A stretch of DNA of 64,000 bases from the NCBI GenBank assembly GCA_010909165.1, contig VJWM01000019.1:1178001-1242000 (forward strand), read 5' to 3'. The notes under the pieces were generated by a model, which did no database searches, was not told the origin of the DNA, and saw only the letters and a program-made list of their open reading frames with translations. Source of the DNA: Anthoceros angustus. Lineage: Eukaryota > Plantae > Anthocerotophyta. Below, piece by piece: positions 61,982 to 64,000 of the stretch. Numbering within the stretch: the stretch's first letter is position 1; each line of letters begins with the position of its first letter. A program made the translations under genes and the position numbers.

Positions 61982-62258
61982 CGGAAAGGAGGCTGCGAAG
62001 CTAGGGACCTTAGGATTTGGTTTTCCAGTGCACGCATCAGTGCCCGACCTTGTGGAGAGGTGGCCTATGAGGTATTATGAATTGATTTAAATGCGGTATG
62101 GAGAAATGGAATGGAAGAGGTCGGAAAGGAGGTGCGAAATGGGCGACCTTAGGATTTGGTTTTCCCGGTGCACGCATCAAGTGCCCGACCTTGTGGAGGT
62201 GGCCTATGAGGTATTATGAATTGGTCGATTTAAATGCGGTATGGAGAAATGGAATGGA
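61982..62258. repeat. ~140-bp tandem duplication
   Basis: CGGAAAGGAGG...CCTTAGGATTTGGTTTT...GATTTAAATGCGGTATGGAGAAATGGAATGGAA occurs twice. Confidence 0.85.
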
Positions 62259-64000
62259 AACAAGAATGGCGTTGTTCGGGATATCAACCGTGACGGAGAA
62301 CCATGTTATGGCGTACTTGGCGAGGATGCGAGTGCCGGTGGAAGGAGAACCAAGTGCGGTAGTGAAGGCACAAAATGTAAGGGTGGTTGCGGTTGGGAAT
62401 GGAGTGATGGTGCGAGCACGGGCTTATGATGAGCGTCAGCAAGCGACAACTTAGGCCATAGGTTCCGTCATGCGGTTCATGTAATTCGTTGGAACTGCGG
62501 ATGACGATTTTGCGTTGCCGGCGGGCTGCTGCGATGCGGCGGCCGCGTGCGATGTACAGCGCCTAGTTGCGGATCGTTGTAAGTGCGATGCGTCGCGATG
62601 CGCATTCAATGTTCTGAAAATACGTGAAATTTGAGTAAACTGCGCACATCATTGGCACCGCGGCCGGATCGGAAGTGCGGCGCGGATAGCACGATCAATT
62701 TCGAAAATGCGAGAAATTTAAAGGCGGGCGTCATAGGCGGATCGTGGGATCAAGATGGCGATGCCGATGCATGATTTGCGTTCAAAGCGGGAGGTGGAGG
62801 AGGAGGGCGGACGCGCGCGCGGAAGGGGCGCGAGGAAGAGGGGAGGGAGGGAGGGAGGGGTGGGAGGCCATGGACATCCGTTGCGATCGTCCGAGCGGAA
62901 GGTGGAGTGGCCTGGCCGCGGTGGCGGGATCACCGATGGCGCACCACCTTGGGAGGCGTTTGGGCGTCGATCGTGGATGTGCACCAAGTGGAGACAGGTC
63001 GGCCCGTGGCGATCGCATCTGCGTGGGTCACCCATGAATTCTCAAACCTCGCTTGATTGCGGTGGATTGCACAGGCGGCGTTTTCCATTGCCCGACCATG
63101 CTTGGTTACGGCTTTCCGAAGGAGGCGTCTGACTCGCCCACAACGGCGGCAAGCGGCGGCTATGTGGCCTCCATGCGGAAATGTAAGCATTCGCGGTCGG
63201 CGTCTCGGAGCCTCACAAGCCTTGTGTGTGCGGTGGTATGATCCATTCGAGTTTGCGGCGACACAGGCGTGGGCGATGGGCCGTCGTCCTGCGGCGATCC
63301 GGCGGCGGCGTCGCGGGCGCGGGGCAGTAGCGATGGGAGAAGTGGAGGAAGGGCGGCGACATGCAATGTTTGTGGCATGAGGTTGGCGGGGATGTGGGGC
63401 TTGGAGCACGGTTGTATTGTCGAAGGCGCCGCCGTCCTCGGGAAGGCTCCATGCGGAGGACGATGCGCAGACGGTGGCGCGGGAGGCCGTGGGCGGCGGT
63501 GGCTCGCGCTCGGCGGCAGTGGGCCGGTGTGGGAGTGGGAGAGCCCGGCAATCACTCCACGGACTCGCATGCGAGGCGTACATAGCCGGGAGGCGAAATG
63601 TGTCTGCTGGTCCGGGAAATGGGTACTCATGGTATTGGAGGTTGCATTGTCCGCATGCACAAAGATTTCATTTTCTGTGGAGAAGACGATTGTGGCCTGA
63701 CCATTGAGGTGGGTTGGAGGTGGTGAAGGTGCCTCGGTGGGCGGTGTCATGAGCATGGGGCACGGAATCTTTGGAGCAGCAAAGAATTGGCATGGCACGT
63801 TGGTGCCGTTGTGGATGCACGCGAACCGGATTGCAATCTGCGTGCACGACCATCGAGATAGGAGCATGACCATGCTCTGTGAGAAGTCAATGGAGGCTTA
63901 CGTGTGGGAGTTCGTGTGAGAAGGGCGCCTTTTCGGCAATCACCGTCGCGAAAGTGGAGAGCGGGTTGGATGGCACCCTATGGTCGCGGTGGAGGGAATG

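Overview
Eukaryotic land-plant genomic DNA. Short GT-AG introns and compact GC-rich genes suggest a non-seed plant such as a hornwort or lycophyte, but the taxon is only an inference. The first ~10 kb is a clean gene island with three intron-containing minus-strand genes: a SCAB-family actin-bundling protein (running off the window start), a KdsD/SETH3-like arabinose-5-phosphate isomerase and an SRPK kinase. The remaining ~54 kb is a nested transposon block with many indels, probably partly unpolished long-read sequence. It contains (1) a Ty3/gypsy chromovirus (tRNA-iMet PBS, chromodomain) whose LTR ends are AG...CT rather than TG...CA; (2) a ~7.35-kb palindrome inserted between its gag and protease, made of two outward-facing copies of the U3-side part of a different retrotransposon's LTR; (3) an Athila-like element (tRNA-Asp-type PBS, AGGTG target-site duplication) with ~4.3-kb LTRs that appear to carry a ~3-kb sense ORF; (4) a pogo-like DDE transposase relic split by that element; and (5) an unidentified ~10-kb module with inverted repeat arrays around GC-rich coding-like DNA. 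The best candidates for something new are the protein-coding giant LTR and its fold-back, Mu-killer-like palindromic derivative.
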